The notes: generated by a model from the sequence alone, not told the origin. Numbered from the stretch's first letter, positions 29,170 to 38,866 are shown. The stretch is 61,620 nucleotides of DNA from Candidatus Rifleibacteriota bacterium (GCA_051747585.1 JBNJGH010000006.1:1-61620), one strand, 5' to 3'. Numbers and translations are program-made.

Positions 29170-29435
29170 AGTAATACTACACTTAATGAGATTAGCGAGT
29201 TTCAAGACATTTTTGTATTTTTTGTTATGTAATAAATTTTAGCATATCAAAGATTGCTTTGTCGTTCTGCTTCGCTATTCTGCTCCGCGTAAAGTTACGC
29301 AGAAACCAGCTTCGCAGAACTCTTCGCAATGACGCCCTGTTGCTGTCCCTGAGCGGAGCTCTTGCTGAGCGAAGTCGAAGTAAAGCAATCTAAATGTCTT
29401 GAAATGGTTATTACAAAAAAAAATGGATAATTACT
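29170..29435. mobile_element. MITE-like palindromic element, copy C (longest, doubly nested hairpin)
   Basis: ttagcgagtttcaagacattt...tagcatatcaaagattgctt...ttcgcaatgac...ctgagcgaagtcgaagtaaagcaatctaaatgtcttgaaa...aatggataattact. Confidence 0.75.
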
Positions 29436-29453
29436 GTACTGCAAATGTTCTAA

Positions 29454-29482
29454 TTGACAGCTGTTTTTGCTGATGCTAAGAT
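29454..29482 (+). promoter_or_regulatory. Putative sigma70 promoter of the buk operon
   Basis: TTGACA-17 nt-TAAGAT with TG extension. Confidence 0.65.
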
Positions 29483-29516
29483 TTTGAGACAAAAAGTTAC
29501 GGGAAAGGATTGAAGC

Positions 29517-30593
29517 ATGAGCGATCTATTCAGGATTTTGGTAATAAACCCTGGCTCTACTTCTACCAAAGTAGGTCTATTTGAAAATGAAGAATTAGTT
29601 AAAGAAAAAAAGATTGCCCATTCCGGAGAAGAACTATCTAAGTTCTCAAATATTATTGATCAAGTTGGTTTTAGAAGCCAGCTTATCGAAGATTTTTTAA
29701 AAGAAAACAATCTTAAAGGCGAAGATTTATCAGCAGCCGTTGGACGTGGCGGCCTGTTAAGACCTTTGGTCAGTGGAACTTACAAAGTAAATCAAGATAT
29801 AATCAATGATTTACGATCCTGCAAATATGGCGAACACGCCAGTAACATGGGTGCCCTTATTGCCAACAGTTTTCATGAAGACCACAATATACCGGCATTT
29901 ATAGTTGATCCGGTGGTTGTAGATGAAATGCACTCCATTGCCCGCTATTCGGGCAACAAAGAAATTCCCAGACAAAGCGTGTGGCATGCATTGAATGTTA
30001 TGGCTGTTATTAGACAGGTCTGCAAAAGTGATAATTTCTCGATGCAAAATGATAACTTTGTTGTCGCTCATCTGGGCGGCGGAATTTCCGTTTCAGCCAT
30101 TCATAAAGGGAAATGTATAGATGTAAGCAATGGTCTTGAAGAAGGGCCATTTACCCCCGAGCGCTCCGGCTCACTTCCTACGATAAAACTGTTAGATCTT
30201 TGTTTTTCAGGTAAATACACCAAGGCAGAGATAAAAAAGATGTTAGTTGGCAAAGGCGGCTTGACCAGCTATCTCGGCACCAGCAACATGATCGAAATTG
30301 CCGATAAGGTTCGAGAAGGTAACAAGGAATATGAGGATGTTTTCAACGCCATGGCCTATCAGATTGCGAAAACAATCGGCTCATACGTTGCTGTTCACAA
30401 AGGCGATGTGAAAAGAATTATTTTAACCGGTGGCGGCGCAAACAATACTCTGTTGGTAGACAAAATTAAAAGTTATGTAGAATGCTTTGCTCCAGTCAAG
30501 ATTGTGCCTGGCGAAGATGAACTGACTGCTCTGGCCCAGGGTGCTTTGAGAGTTTTGCGCAAAGAATCCGAGGCTCTTACTTATAAGGCCTGA
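29517..30593 (+). CDS. buk: Butyrate kinase
   Basis: INPGSTSTK, GRGGLL, HASN.G, DPVVVDE, HALN, HLGGGIS, GPFTPERSG, PGEDE. Confidence 0.93.
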   Translation: MSDLFRILVINPGSTSTKVGLFENEELVKEKKIAHSGEELSKFSNIIDQVGFRSQLIEDFLKENNLKGEDLSAAVGRGGLLRPLVSGTYKVNQDIINDLRSCKYGEHASNMGALIANSFHEDHNIPAFIVDPVVVDEMHSIARYSGNKEIPRQSVWHALNVMAVIRQVCKSDNFSMQNDNFVVAHLGGGISVSAIHKGKCIDVSNGLEEGPFTPERSGSLPTIKLLDLCFSGKYTKAEIKKMLVGKGGLTSYLGTSNMIEIADKVREGNKEYEDVFNAMAYQIAKTIGSYVAVHKGDVKRIILTGGGANNTLLVDKIKSYVECFAPVKIVPGEDELTALAQGALRVLRKESEALTYKA

Positions 30594-30618
30594 AAACATA
30601 CCATTCCAGGAGATAGAA

Positions 30619-31548
30619 ATGAGTTCAGATTTTTTCAGTAATTTGGTAGAAAGTTTAGATTCAGAAAATAAATGTACGGTGGCGATTCCTATTGCTAACG
30701 ACGATGCCTGTGCTTATGCAGTTTGTCAGGCAGTTAAAATGGCCATTCTCAAGGCAGTATTAATTGGTGACGAAAACCAGATCAAAACTATGTATGCTGA
30801 GGTTGCTGAACACGAAAACGTCAAAATATTACCTGAAACCGATGAAAAGAAAGCATGCGATCTTGCCATACAACAAGTAAGAGAAGGACACGCTGATATT
30901 CTCATGAAAGGTAACGTAGGCACCTCTACGTTGCTTAAAGCTGTATTAAACTCCAGAACCGGCATTAGAAAGAACCCTATTCTGTCTCACCTGACCTTTT
31001 TTGAACTTCCCCAAACACCCGGACTCAGAATTTTAACCGATGCTGCAATGTGTATTGCTCCTGACGAAGAAACCATGCAGCATGAAATTAACAACGCAGC
31101 CGAAGCTTTCGAACTGTTCAGCAACCATCCCGCAAAAGTTTCACTGCTTGCAGCTAATGAAAAAGTCTCTGAGAAATTGCCCAGTACGATTCTTGCTAAA
31201 AATGTAGCCGAAAAAATGCAGGATCGCACCGATGTAATTGTAGAAGGCCCAATTTCAATTGACCTTTCCTTGAGCAAAGAGTCTGCTGAAGTAAAAAAAT
31301 ACAAAGGCAAAATTCAGGGAGACGCCGACATTTTTATCGCTCCCAGAATAGAAACAGGAAATGCCCTTTATAAATCACTTCAATATTATGTAAAAGCCAA
31401 TATGGGCGGTCTGGTTTATGGTGCAAAATGCCCTGTCGTCTTAACTTCCAGAGCAGATGACAACAACACGAAATTCAATTCATTGCTACTGGGCATTGTT
31501 CTCTGGCAGAGGAATTGCACAGAAAAAAGTCAACAGGCTCATAATTAA
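30619..31548 (+). CDS. ptb: Phosphate butyryltransferase / phosphate acyltransferase
   Basis: ADILMKG, LSH, TDAA, VEGP, GNALYKS, PVVLTSRAD; adjacent to buk. Confidence 0.88.
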   Translation: MSSDFFSNLVESLDSENKCTVAIPIANDDACAYAVCQAVKMAILKAVLIGDENQIKTMYAEVAEHENVKILPETDEKKACDLAIQQVREGHADILMKGNVGTSTLLKAVLNSRTGIRKNPILSHLTFFELPQTPGLRILTDAAMCIAPDEETMQHEINNAAEAFELFSNHPAKVSLLAANEKVSEKLPSTILAKNVAEKMQDRTDVIVEGPISIDLSLSKESAEVKKYKGKIQGDADIFIAPRIETGNALYKSLQYYVKANMGGLVYGAKCPVVLTSRADDNNTKFNSLLLGIVLWQRNCTEKSQQAHN

Positions 31549-31584
31549 AAGCTGTACAGGAATGGATTGAAAGGAAAGCTGCGG

Positions 31585-32196
31585 ATGACAGAGAATAAAC
31601 TTCCTAATATAAATAAAAAAATAACCTTTTCATCTGGACACATCCCTGAACTGCTTAAAAAGCTTGAAGAGTTCCTGGGAGTAGCTCTTTCTCTTCGTTC
31701 AATTACCGGAGAAGTAGTCTGTAAAACAGACTATTTTAACGGCCCATGCTCAATAATCAGAGGAACCGAGCGCGGAAGAATCAGGTGCAGAAAAACGTAT
31801 AAAAATATTGAAGACCGGCTACTTAGAAGAAAAAAACCTTTTGTTAATGTATGCTACGCAGGTTTTCTTATTTTTGCCGTTCCTCTTGAAATTCGTGGCG
31901 AAATGATAGGTACCCTGCTCGGCTCTCAAATTCTTCCATTCGAAAAAAGCGAGCATATTTCTCTTGAAGCTCTTTTTGGGCATACTGCCGTTGCAGTAGG
32001 TCTCAAAGATACCGAAGAATTTTATAAAACTTTTTCCAGAGTCAGGGCTTTACGGCCTGACCTGCAAAGAATTACCTTTCTTCAATATCTGGAAGAAATA
32101 GGCGAACATTTTGTCAGTATGGCTTTTGCCGATAAAAGTTGGGAAGTCTTTCTTAAAGAAGTTAAGTCAGAAACACCCAACTTTGGAAGGCTGTAA
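31585..32196 (+). CDS. Stand-alone PocR ligand-binding domain protein
   Basis: CSIIRGT..G..RC...CYAGF..FAVPL...G..IG.L.G.Q pattern with three conserved Cys. Confidence 0.75.
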   Translation: MTENKLPNINKKITFSSGHIPELLKKLEEFLGVALSLRSITGEVVCKTDYFNGPCSIIRGTERGRIRCRKTYKNIEDRLLRRKKPFVNVCYAGFLIFAVPLEIRGEMIGTLLGSQILPFEKSEHISLEALFGHTAVAVGLKDTEEFYKTFSRVRALRPDLQRITFLQYLEEIGEHFVSMAFADKSWEVFLKEVKSETPNFGRL

Positions 32197-32201
32197 AACC
32201 T

Positions 32202-33437
32202 ATGCTCAAATTATTCCGAAATGGAACAATATTAGATGAAAATTTTGAACTCAAGAAAGCTGATCTCCTGATTCAGGATGATGTTATTCAGGATATTTTA
32301 GAACCCGCCACAATTCCAGACAAAGAAGTTGATGCCGAAATAAATATTAAAGGCCAATTTGTGTTCCCCGGCTTTATAAATGCTCATGACCATCTAATTG
32401 ATACTTGTTGGAAGGGACTTGGCGATTGTCCTGCCGGCAACTGGTATGAATGGCGTAAATCAGTGCGTGCCAGCCAGGATTATAAAGACATGCAAAAGCT
32501 TTCAGTCACAGACCTCTATGTGCTTGGCATGTACAAAAACATTTTATCAGGTGCTACCACAGTAGTTGATCATTTTCCAGTCGAGATTTCGAGTACATTC
32601 TATGACCATCCTCTTACCTCTCTGGTCGAGGATTTTAATATGGTTCATTCAGTTTCTTCCAAAGGGCTTGAGTGGGGTAGAAATATAACCGAAGAGTATA
32701 GAAACACCAGAGGAATTACCCCCTTTATTACCCATATTGGGCAAGGCAACAGCGAAGAACTCACAAGTGAACTCGAAACACTCAAAAGGCTTGGAGCCCT
32801 CGAAAGCAACACTATATTAGTCGACTGCTGTTTTTTAACCGACAACGATTTAAATCAGATAGCCGACAATAAAGCATCTATTGTATGGTTGCCCGGCTCT
32901 TCCCAAAATATATTTTCGCACCAACCGAATATCAAAAAAATCATTGAGCTCGGCATTTCACTAGCAATTGGTACAGATGGCTCGAATACAGGTTCTGGCG
33001 ATATGCTCGAAGAACTACGAAAAGCTCTGGACTATTGTCGTATAAGTATTGTCCCTGATTTCAAAGCTAAAGAGATAATTAAGATGGCTACCGAAACAGC
33101 ATCCGAAATCCTTGGCATAAATAAACAGGTAGGAAGCATAAAAAAAGGGAAAAAAGCTAACTTAATAGTATTTGAAGCAAAAGAGAATGAAGATCCTTTT
33201 GAAGCTCTTTTGCAAATGAACTCAGAAGAATTATCAATGGTAATTCATAATGGTTTGATGATTGTTGGCGATGACCGATTTCGCAAGGTTTCAGCCATTG
33301 ATTTTCAGCTTTATTCTGAAGTACGTATTAACGATAAAGCTAAAATTCTTTATGGCAGACCCTTAGAATTAATTGATCGGCTTTCTCACAAGCTTAACCG
33401 AGAAATAAAGTTTCCCTTTTTCAATGTAAAAAACTGA
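32202..33437 (+). CDS. Amidohydrolase-family metal-dependent hydrolase (deaminase-like)
   Basis: PGFINAHDH, GATT, AIGTDG, GSIKKGKKANL. Confidence 0.85.
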   Translation: MLKLFRNGTILDENFELKKADLLIQDDVIQDILEPATIPDKEVDAEINIKGQFVFPGFINAHDHLIDTCWKGLGDCPAGNWYEWRKSVRASQDYKDMQKLSVTDLYVLGMYKNILSGATTVVDHFPVEISSTFYDHPLTSLVEDFNMVHSVSSKGLEWGRNITEEYRNTRGITPFITHIGQGNSEELTSELETLKRLGALESNTILVDCCFLTDNDLNQIADNKASIVWLPGSSQNIFSHQPNIKKIIELGISLAIGTDGSNTGSGDMLEELRKALDYCRISIVPDFKAKEIIKMATETASEILGINKQVGSIKKGKKANLIVFEAKENEDPFEALLQMNSEELSMVIHNGLMIVGDDRFRKVSAIDFQLYSEVRINDKAKILYGRPLELIDRLSHKLNREIKFPFFNVKN

Positions 33438-33489
33438 AGTTAATTTTTTAAAAGCTTACTAACCCAAAACAGCAAAGAAACTAAGTCTG

Positions 33490-33518
33490 TTGAATTTCAA
33501 ACACGAAATTGGTATTAT
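33490..33518 (+). promoter_or_regulatory. Putative sigma70 promoter
   Basis: TTGAAT-17 nt-TATTAT with TG extension, upstream of 33547. Confidence 0.5.
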
Positions 33519-33546
33519 TAATATGAATTAAGAAGGGTAAGTATAT

Positions 33547-34140
33547 ATGCAGATAGATTTTTCTAATCCTGATTTGCTGTTTTATTTCAGTTTTCAATGC
33601 CCATATTCTTACATGGCATGGGAGATCTTAAAAAATTTACTGGCAAAAGAATCTGTAAAAGTTGCCCCAATTGAAATTGGTTTGTTCCCGCCCGGCAACA
33701 ACAGCCTGCATTATCGTAAAAAGTGGGGGAAAAACCGGTGGGAACGGTTAACAGAAGATGCAGCCAAGCTTGGTCTCAAGTTGAAAAAGCCTGAAGCCTA
33801 TGTTTCAGAATTATACGTTTCAAGCGCTGTAGAAGCCTATGACTCAAGCAGTGCCATTGATTATATTTCCAGTGTCTTTCGAGCATTTTTTGCAGCCGAA
33901 ATCAATATTTCTGCACCCAAAAGTTTAAAAGTTCACCTGCAATCAGAGGGTATCGACACAAATATTTTTTCAGAAGCCACTGCGGATAAAAAGTTGACTA
34001 AAAAAGCAGAAGAAAAACAGCTTCTATGGGGAACCAGAAGAATCAGACAGGTTCCTACTGTTGAGTATAATGACGAAAGGTATTCCGGCTTTATTGATAA
34101 AGGTGGAATAGAACGCTTTCTGCGCGGTCTGGTAGAATAA
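33547..34140 (+). CDS. DsbA/HCCA-isomerase-like thioredoxin-fold protein
   Basis: FYFSFQCPYSY; C-terminal VPT...G (cis-Pro) motif. Confidence 0.75.
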   Translation: MQIDFSNPDLLFYFSFQCPYSYMAWEILKNLLAKESVKVAPIEIGLFPPGNNSLHYRKKWGKNRWERLTEDAAKLGLKLKKPEAYVSELYVSSAVEAYDSSSAIDYISSVFRAFFAAEINISAPKSLKVHLQSEGIDTNIFSEATADKKLTKKAEEKQLLWGTRRIRQVPTVEYNDERYSGFIDKGGIERFLRGLVE

Positions 34141-34142
34141 TT

Positions 34143-34790
34143 ATGAAATATACCTATGAATTTCCCCGTCCTTCAGTAACCTTGGATGCTGTAGTTTTGC
34201 GCACGCCAGAGTTAAAATACCCGGAAATTCTTCTAATAAAAAGAGGCCGGCCGCCTTTTGAGGGAAGCTGGGCCCTTCCCGGAGGCTTTCTGGAAATGAG
34301 TGAAAGACCACTTAACGGCGCAGCACGTGAGCTATTTGAAGAAACCCAACTGCATGAGCTGCCCTTAAAACCACTTTTCTCCTGCGGTGAGCCCCAAAGA
34401 GACCCGAGAGGCAGAACAATAACAATGCTTTTTGGATGCCTGGTTCGTGAGAGCGAAATGGAAGCGCATGGAGGCGATGATGCCAAAGATGCTAACTGGT
34501 TCCCATTAAAAAACTTACCTGAATTGGCATTTGATCACGCAAGAGTAATTAAGCAGGTTAAAGCACATCTTGAATGGCAGGCACACACCTCGATCATCGG
34601 TAAAGATGTTTTTCACGGGGTTGCCAGCGAGAAAGACATAATTAGATTACATAATAATATTTGCCACACAGTAAACAGCAAGGTTATTTCAAGAGCCCTG
34701 AGCCTTGGTCTACTAGATTGTAAAGAAGGTTTATGTCAGTATAGACAGCCAACTCCCCGGGGTCCTGATTGGCATCCGACAGTCTGGTAA
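34143..34790 (+). CDS. NUDIX hydrolase (ADP-ribose pyrophosphatase/NrtR-like)
   Basis: WALPGG...E....AARELFEET, RDPRGR, GDDA, LAFDH. Confidence 0.88.
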   Translation: MKYTYEFPRPSVTLDAVVLRTPELKYPEILLIKRGRPPFEGSWALPGGFLEMSERPLNGAARELFEETQLHELPLKPLFSCGEPQRDPRGRTITMLFGCLVRESEMEAHGGDDAKDANWFPLKNLPELAFDHARVIKQVKAHLEWQAHTSIIGKDVFHGVASEKDIIRLHNNICHTVNSKVISRALSLGLLDCKEGLCQYRQPTPRGPDWHPTVW

Positions 34791-36505
34791 TGAACTCTTT
34801 CAACCTCTTAACTCCCGCCTTAAAAAAAATTCATAGAGTTTTTGCATTACGCAAAGGGCCGGTATTGTGGCTTCTTTTTGCAGGTTCTATCCTGGTAACA
34901 GGTACCATTTACTATGGTTTATATCGATTTCTTGAATATGTGGGCCGGGCTCCAATGCTGGGGGAAACCTTTGGGCCGGTCATAGGAGGACTTCTAGTTG
35001 GTAAGCTGTTAGAAATGCTTCTTTTGACACTTTTTTTTATGGTTTTGTTCAGTAGCATCATTTCTGCCTTATCGGCTTTTTATTTAAACGAAGAGTTGCC
35101 GGTATTAATGGCGTCGCCGCAGCCAGTAGGAAGAATTTTCAGATCAAGATTTATATTAATGACATTCGAAAGTTCATGGATGGTCATGGCTTTTTTTTTC
35201 CCTGCCCTCATCGCTTTTGCAACTGCATTAAATGCCAATGCAACCGCATATTTTATTTTCATCTTATTTCTGGCTTTTTTCATAATTCTGCCTAATATAT
35301 TCGGAGCTTCATTCGCACTTCTACTCGGATCATTTTTTCCGATTCGTCAGATGCGAAAAATTTTTCAGTTTTTGTCAATAATTGTCTTAACCAGCCTGAT
35401 CTTTTTTTTAAGATCACTGGAAGCAGAAAAACTGCTTAATCCGAGTTATTTCAAAGATATTTCGCAATATATACTCAGCCTTCAGCTTCCACTGCTTGAG
35501 TTTTCGCCCTCTTCCTGGCTTCACCAGTCAGCATTGAAATTATTCAACGCTGACTACCAGGGTGCATTAACCAGTTTTTTACCTCTGGCGGGAATTACTC
35601 TCGGCGGCTTATTGGTCTTGAATATGCTTGCTGCACTTCTGTATCGAAAAAGCTGGCAGAAATCGATGGAAGCGATTGAAAATCAGGTGTTAAGTCTTGA
35701 ATGGATAAGGAAAGCCATTACTTTTCCATTAAGATATTTTGATAATGTTTTTCGTGTTATTGCCACCAAAGAAATTACCACTTTTCTTCGCGACCCTGCT
35801 ATCTTTTCCCAGATTTTCATGATGGCTGCCATAGTTTTTGTATATGGTTACAACCTGACAATTTTGCCTTTAAAGGACATTCCTTCTTTGTATAGTGGCG
35901 AACTAAACGACACCCTTGTTTTTTTGAACGGACCATTTATTGGTTTTATTCTTGCTTCGATTGGAATGAGATTTGTTTATCCCTCCATCAGCATGGAAGG
36001 ACGCGCCTTTTGGGCGGTAAAGTCTTCACCGGTTAAACCCGGGCGAATTCTTTTTATTAAGTTTATTGTTTATCTAATACCCATGCTATTAGTGGGCATA
36101 GTATTGTGCGCAGTAACCAATTCTATTTTTACCGTAACCTCTGATATACTGTGGTGGATGAGCTTCATAAACGTTGGACTGATCTCAATAGTAATTACCG
36201 CTCTTGCCATAAGTGTAGGCAGTATTCATGCCGACTTTGCTGCCGACTCTCCTTTAAAAATTGCAGGATCTTACGGTGGTTTTATCTATATGATTTTGTC
36301 GGGTCTGTATATTTTTAATCTCATTGCACTCGAAGCTTATCCGATGTACCGTTTTTTCTTTCATCGCTTTATTCCGACACGACATTTTTCTGGCGAATTT
36401 ACTATAATAATATGCGCAATTCTTCTTTTGATCTGTACCTATGCATGGCTTACCATACCATTTAAAAAAGGTCTTAAAGTAATTGAAAATTATGAACCAG
36501 AATAA
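34790..36505 (+). CDS. Putative ABC-2 type exporter permease (multi-TM)
   Basis: Many TM helices; SISMEGRAFW..KSSP motif; immediately upstream of an ABC ATPase; TAATG overlap gives start 34790. Confidence 0.8.
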   Translation: MNSFNLLTPALKKIHRVFALRKGPVLWLLFAGSILVTGTIYYGLYRFLEYVGRAPMLGETFGPVIGGLLVGKLLEMLLLTLFFMVLFSSIISALSAFYLNEELPVLMASPQPVGRIFRSRFILMTFESSWMVMAFFFPALIAFATALNANATAYFIFILFLAFFIILPNIFGASFALLLGSFFPIRQMRKIFQFLSIIVLTSLIFFLRSLEAEKLLNPSYFKDISQYILSLQLPLLEFSPSSWLHQSALKLFNADYQGALTSFLPLAGITLGGLLVLNMLAALLYRKSWQKSMEAIENQVLSLEWIRKAITFPLRYFDNVFRVIATKEITTFLRDPAIFSQIFMMAAIVFVYGYNLTILPLKDIPSLYSGELNDTLVFLNGPFIGFILASIGMRFVYPSISMEGRAFWAVKSSPVKPGRILFIKFIVYLIPMLLVGIVLCAVTNSIFTVTSDILWWMSFINVGLISIVITALAISVGSIHADFAADSPLKIAGSYGGFIYMILSGLYIFNLIALEAYPMYRFFFHRFIPTRHFSGEFTIIICAILLLICTYAWLTIPFKKGLKVIENYEPE

Positions 36506-37262
36506 AAATATAATTGAATTTGTAAAAATAAAAAAAGATTATGGGTCCTTTTCTGCGGTAAAAGAAATTAATCTTGAAATAAAATCCGGTGAATTGTTCG
36601 GTTTTCTCGGCCCCAATGGAGCAGGCAAAACTACAATGATTCGAATGTTAACCGGCATAATTAAACCAACTGCCGGCCAGATTATAATCAATGGTTATGA
36701 TCTTTATAAACAGCCCGATAAAGCTAAAGCCTCAATCGGCTTTGTTCCAGACCGCCCCTATCTTTATGAGAAACTTACTCCAATTGAATATTTTGATTTC
36801 ATGGGAGGGCTTTACAGTGTAGCGAAAGAACAAATAAGAAGACAAGGTGAAGAGATGCTTAAGCTTTTCAGCTTATGGGACAGGCGCAATGAACTAATAG
36901 AAAGCTTTTCTCACGGGATGAAACAAAAAGTTGCCATGAGTGCGGCGATTCTTCATGATCCGCAAATTTTTGTTGTAGATGAGCCCACCGTGGGACTTGA
37001 CCCCAGAAGCCTCAAATTAGCAAAAGAATTTTTTATTAATCTGGTAAAAAATGGAAAAACCATCTTTCTAACAACCCATACTCTTTCTGTTGCCCAGGAC
37101 CTTTGCCAGAGAATTGGCATTATTAGAGACGGTGAAATAGTTGCACTCGGCTCAATGGCAGAGCTACAAACCAGAGCCAGCCTGCCCGGAAATAATCTCG
37201 AACATGTTTTTCTAAAGATTACCGAAGAAGAAAAGGAAACAGAATTTCAATCTGATAAATAA
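36492..37262 (+). CDS. ABC transporter ATP-binding protein
   Basis: GPNGAGKTT, FSHGMKQK, VVDEPTVGLD, TTH. Confidence 0.95.
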   Translation: MNQNKNIIEFVKIKKDYGSFSAVKEINLEIKSGELFGFLGPNGAGKTTMIRMLTGIIKPTAGQIIINGYDLYKQPDKAKASIGFVPDRPYLYEKLTPIEYFDFMGGLYSVAKEQIRRQGEEMLKLFSLWDRRNELIESFSHGMKQKVAMSAAILHDPQIFVVDEPTVGLDPRSLKLAKEFFINLVKNGKTIFLTTHTLSVAQDLCQRIGIIRDGEIVALGSMAELQTRASLPGNNLEHVFLKITEEEKETEFQSDK

Positions 37263-37265
37263 CTA

Positions 37266-38705
37266 ATGTATTGTTTTGAAGCACACAAATGCACAAAGTA
37301 TGATTGCCCGGTACAAAGACATCAAATTAAAAGATGCTGGGTATTTCTCAAAGGGTATTATAACAAAGAAATTACCACTGAAGAATGCCCCTTTGCCCCT
37401 TGTGACCAGTGCAATTACCGACTGGGCTGGGAAATCGGCCTTATCGGCGAAAGCTTGTTTCCCGACAACCCCGACCCAACTCCCGAGAGTTTGATCCCAC
37501 CGCCTGAAGCTCCCAAAGAAAGAACCAAAACAACTGAAGAAAAAAAAGAACCAGATAAAGAACCGGTTTCGCCAGAGGAAGAGAAAAAGACTGAAGTTGA
37601 TAATTACATAGAGGAAAAGAAACTAAGGGGCATAGGTAAACCCGGGCTCAGATTTTGTCATGAAATAGTTGAATGCCCTAATCCCAATTGCGTTGTCAGA
37701 AGACGGCAGATTATTCAATGCTTTAAATTTTTTTCAAGAAAAACAGCAGAAGAAAAGCAAGATTTGACCTGTACAGAACGCACCTGTGATTCATGCTTCT
37801 ACAAAAAAGGTTGGGACATAGGCATTCTGGATGAAAGTCTGTTTAAAGATATTCTTGAAGCAAAAAAACTTCGCCTGGCAAAGGCAGATAGAATTAAGCG
37901 TAATACGCTGGTTGAAATTTATCTGAATGAACTTAAAAAAAAGCCACTTACTCGCGAAGAAGAAATCGAACTTGCTAAAAAAATTGCCGGTGATAAAGAA
38001 GCTTCAGAACTTTTTCTTCTTGCCAACCTCAAGCTTGTAACCCGTATTGCCAAACGATACTCGAACAAAGGCCTCGGAATAATGGACCTTATTCAAGAAG
38101 GGAACATAGGTTTGATCAAATCAATAGCCAAATTTGATTTTACGCTTGGTTATAGATTTTCGACCTATGCGGCTTACTGGATAAGGTATTATATGCAAAG
38201 AGCCGTAGCCCATCAAGGTACAACCATACGTATACCCTACCATCTGCTAACGGTTTCTCATAAAATCCGCAAAAAGATTCAAGAATATGAATACGCCCAC
38301 TATAAGTCTCCAACTTTGAGAGAATTAGCAAGATTAATGGGCCTTGAAGAAGAAAAAATTATCAGCGTAATACAAATTACCCAGTCTCCTATTTCAATTA
38401 ATGCAAGCACTGGTGATGGCAATCAGGATGAGACCATAGAATACTATCTTTCAGACAAAAAAACTCTTACTCCTGAAGAATTAGCAATAGAAAACCTGAA
38501 AAACCAGGCGGTAGAAAAGGCGATAGAAAATTTGCCTACCCGCCTTCAGTATGTTATTAACAACTATTACGGTTTTGTTGATGAAGAGCTTAACCTGGCT
38601 GAAATTGGCAGAAGGCTGGGTATTTCACGCGAGCGCTCGCGGCAACTATTGCGCCAGGCTCTACAAAAACTCGAACAGGATGAATTTATAAAAACAATTG
38701 AATAA
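37266..38705 (+). CDS. Sigma-70 family RNA polymerase sigma factor (RpoD/RpoS-like core) with two N-terminal 7-Cys repeats
   Basis: Region 1.2 YLNEL..PLTREEE; region 2 ANLKLV..IAKRY, DLIQEGNIGL, FSTYA.YWIR; region 4 LAEIG..LGISRER.RQ. Confidence 0.92.
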   Translation: MYCFEAHKCTKYDCPVQRHQIKRCWVFLKGYYNKEITTEECPFAPCDQCNYRLGWEIGLIGESLFPDNPDPTPESLIPPPEAPKERTKTTEEKKEPDKEPVSPEEEKKTEVDNYIEEKKLRGIGKPGLRFCHEIVECPNPNCVVRRRQIIQCFKFFSRKTAEEKQDLTCTERTCDSCFYKKGWDIGILDESLFKDILEAKKLRLAKADRIKRNTLVEIYLNELKKKPLTREEEIELAKKIAGDKEASELFLLANLKLVTRIAKRYSNKGLGIMDLIQEGNIGLIKSIAKFDFTLGYRFSTYAAYWIRYYMQRAVAHQGTTIRIPYHLLTVSHKIRKKIQEYEYAHYKSPTLRELARLMGLEEEKIISVIQITQSPISINASTGDGNQDETIEYYLSDKKTLTPEELAIENLKNQAVEKAIENLPTRLQYVINNYYGFVDEELNLAEIGRRLGISRERSRQLLRQALQKLEQDEFIKTIE

Positions 38706-38722
38706 ACCCAGGGGTTGATAGT

Positions 38723-38819
38723 GGCTGTCATTGCGAGCGAAGCGCTTGTGCTGAGCGAAGTCGAAGCGAAGCAATCTAAATGTCTTGAAACGGTTTCGAC
38801 AAACAAATGGATAATTACT
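38723..38819. mobile_element. MITE-like palindromic element, copy D (right half only)
   Basis: ggctgtcattgcgagcgaagcgcttgtgctgagcgaagtcgaagcgaagcaatctaaatgtcttgaaa...aatggataattact. Confidence 0.75.
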
Positions 38820-38837
38820 GTATAAAAAGTTATGCAC

Positions 38838-38866
38838 TTGTGAAACGCCCTGAAAATCTGTATAAT
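38838..38866 (+). promoter_or_regulatory. Putative sigma70 promoter
   Basis: TTGTGA-17 nt-TATAAT upstream of the PAD gene. Confidence 0.5.

Noticed and set aside
3025-38819. Repeats as a CRISPR array
   Set aside because: Copies are dispersed kilobases apart, have no repeat-spacer periodicity, and no cas genes are present.
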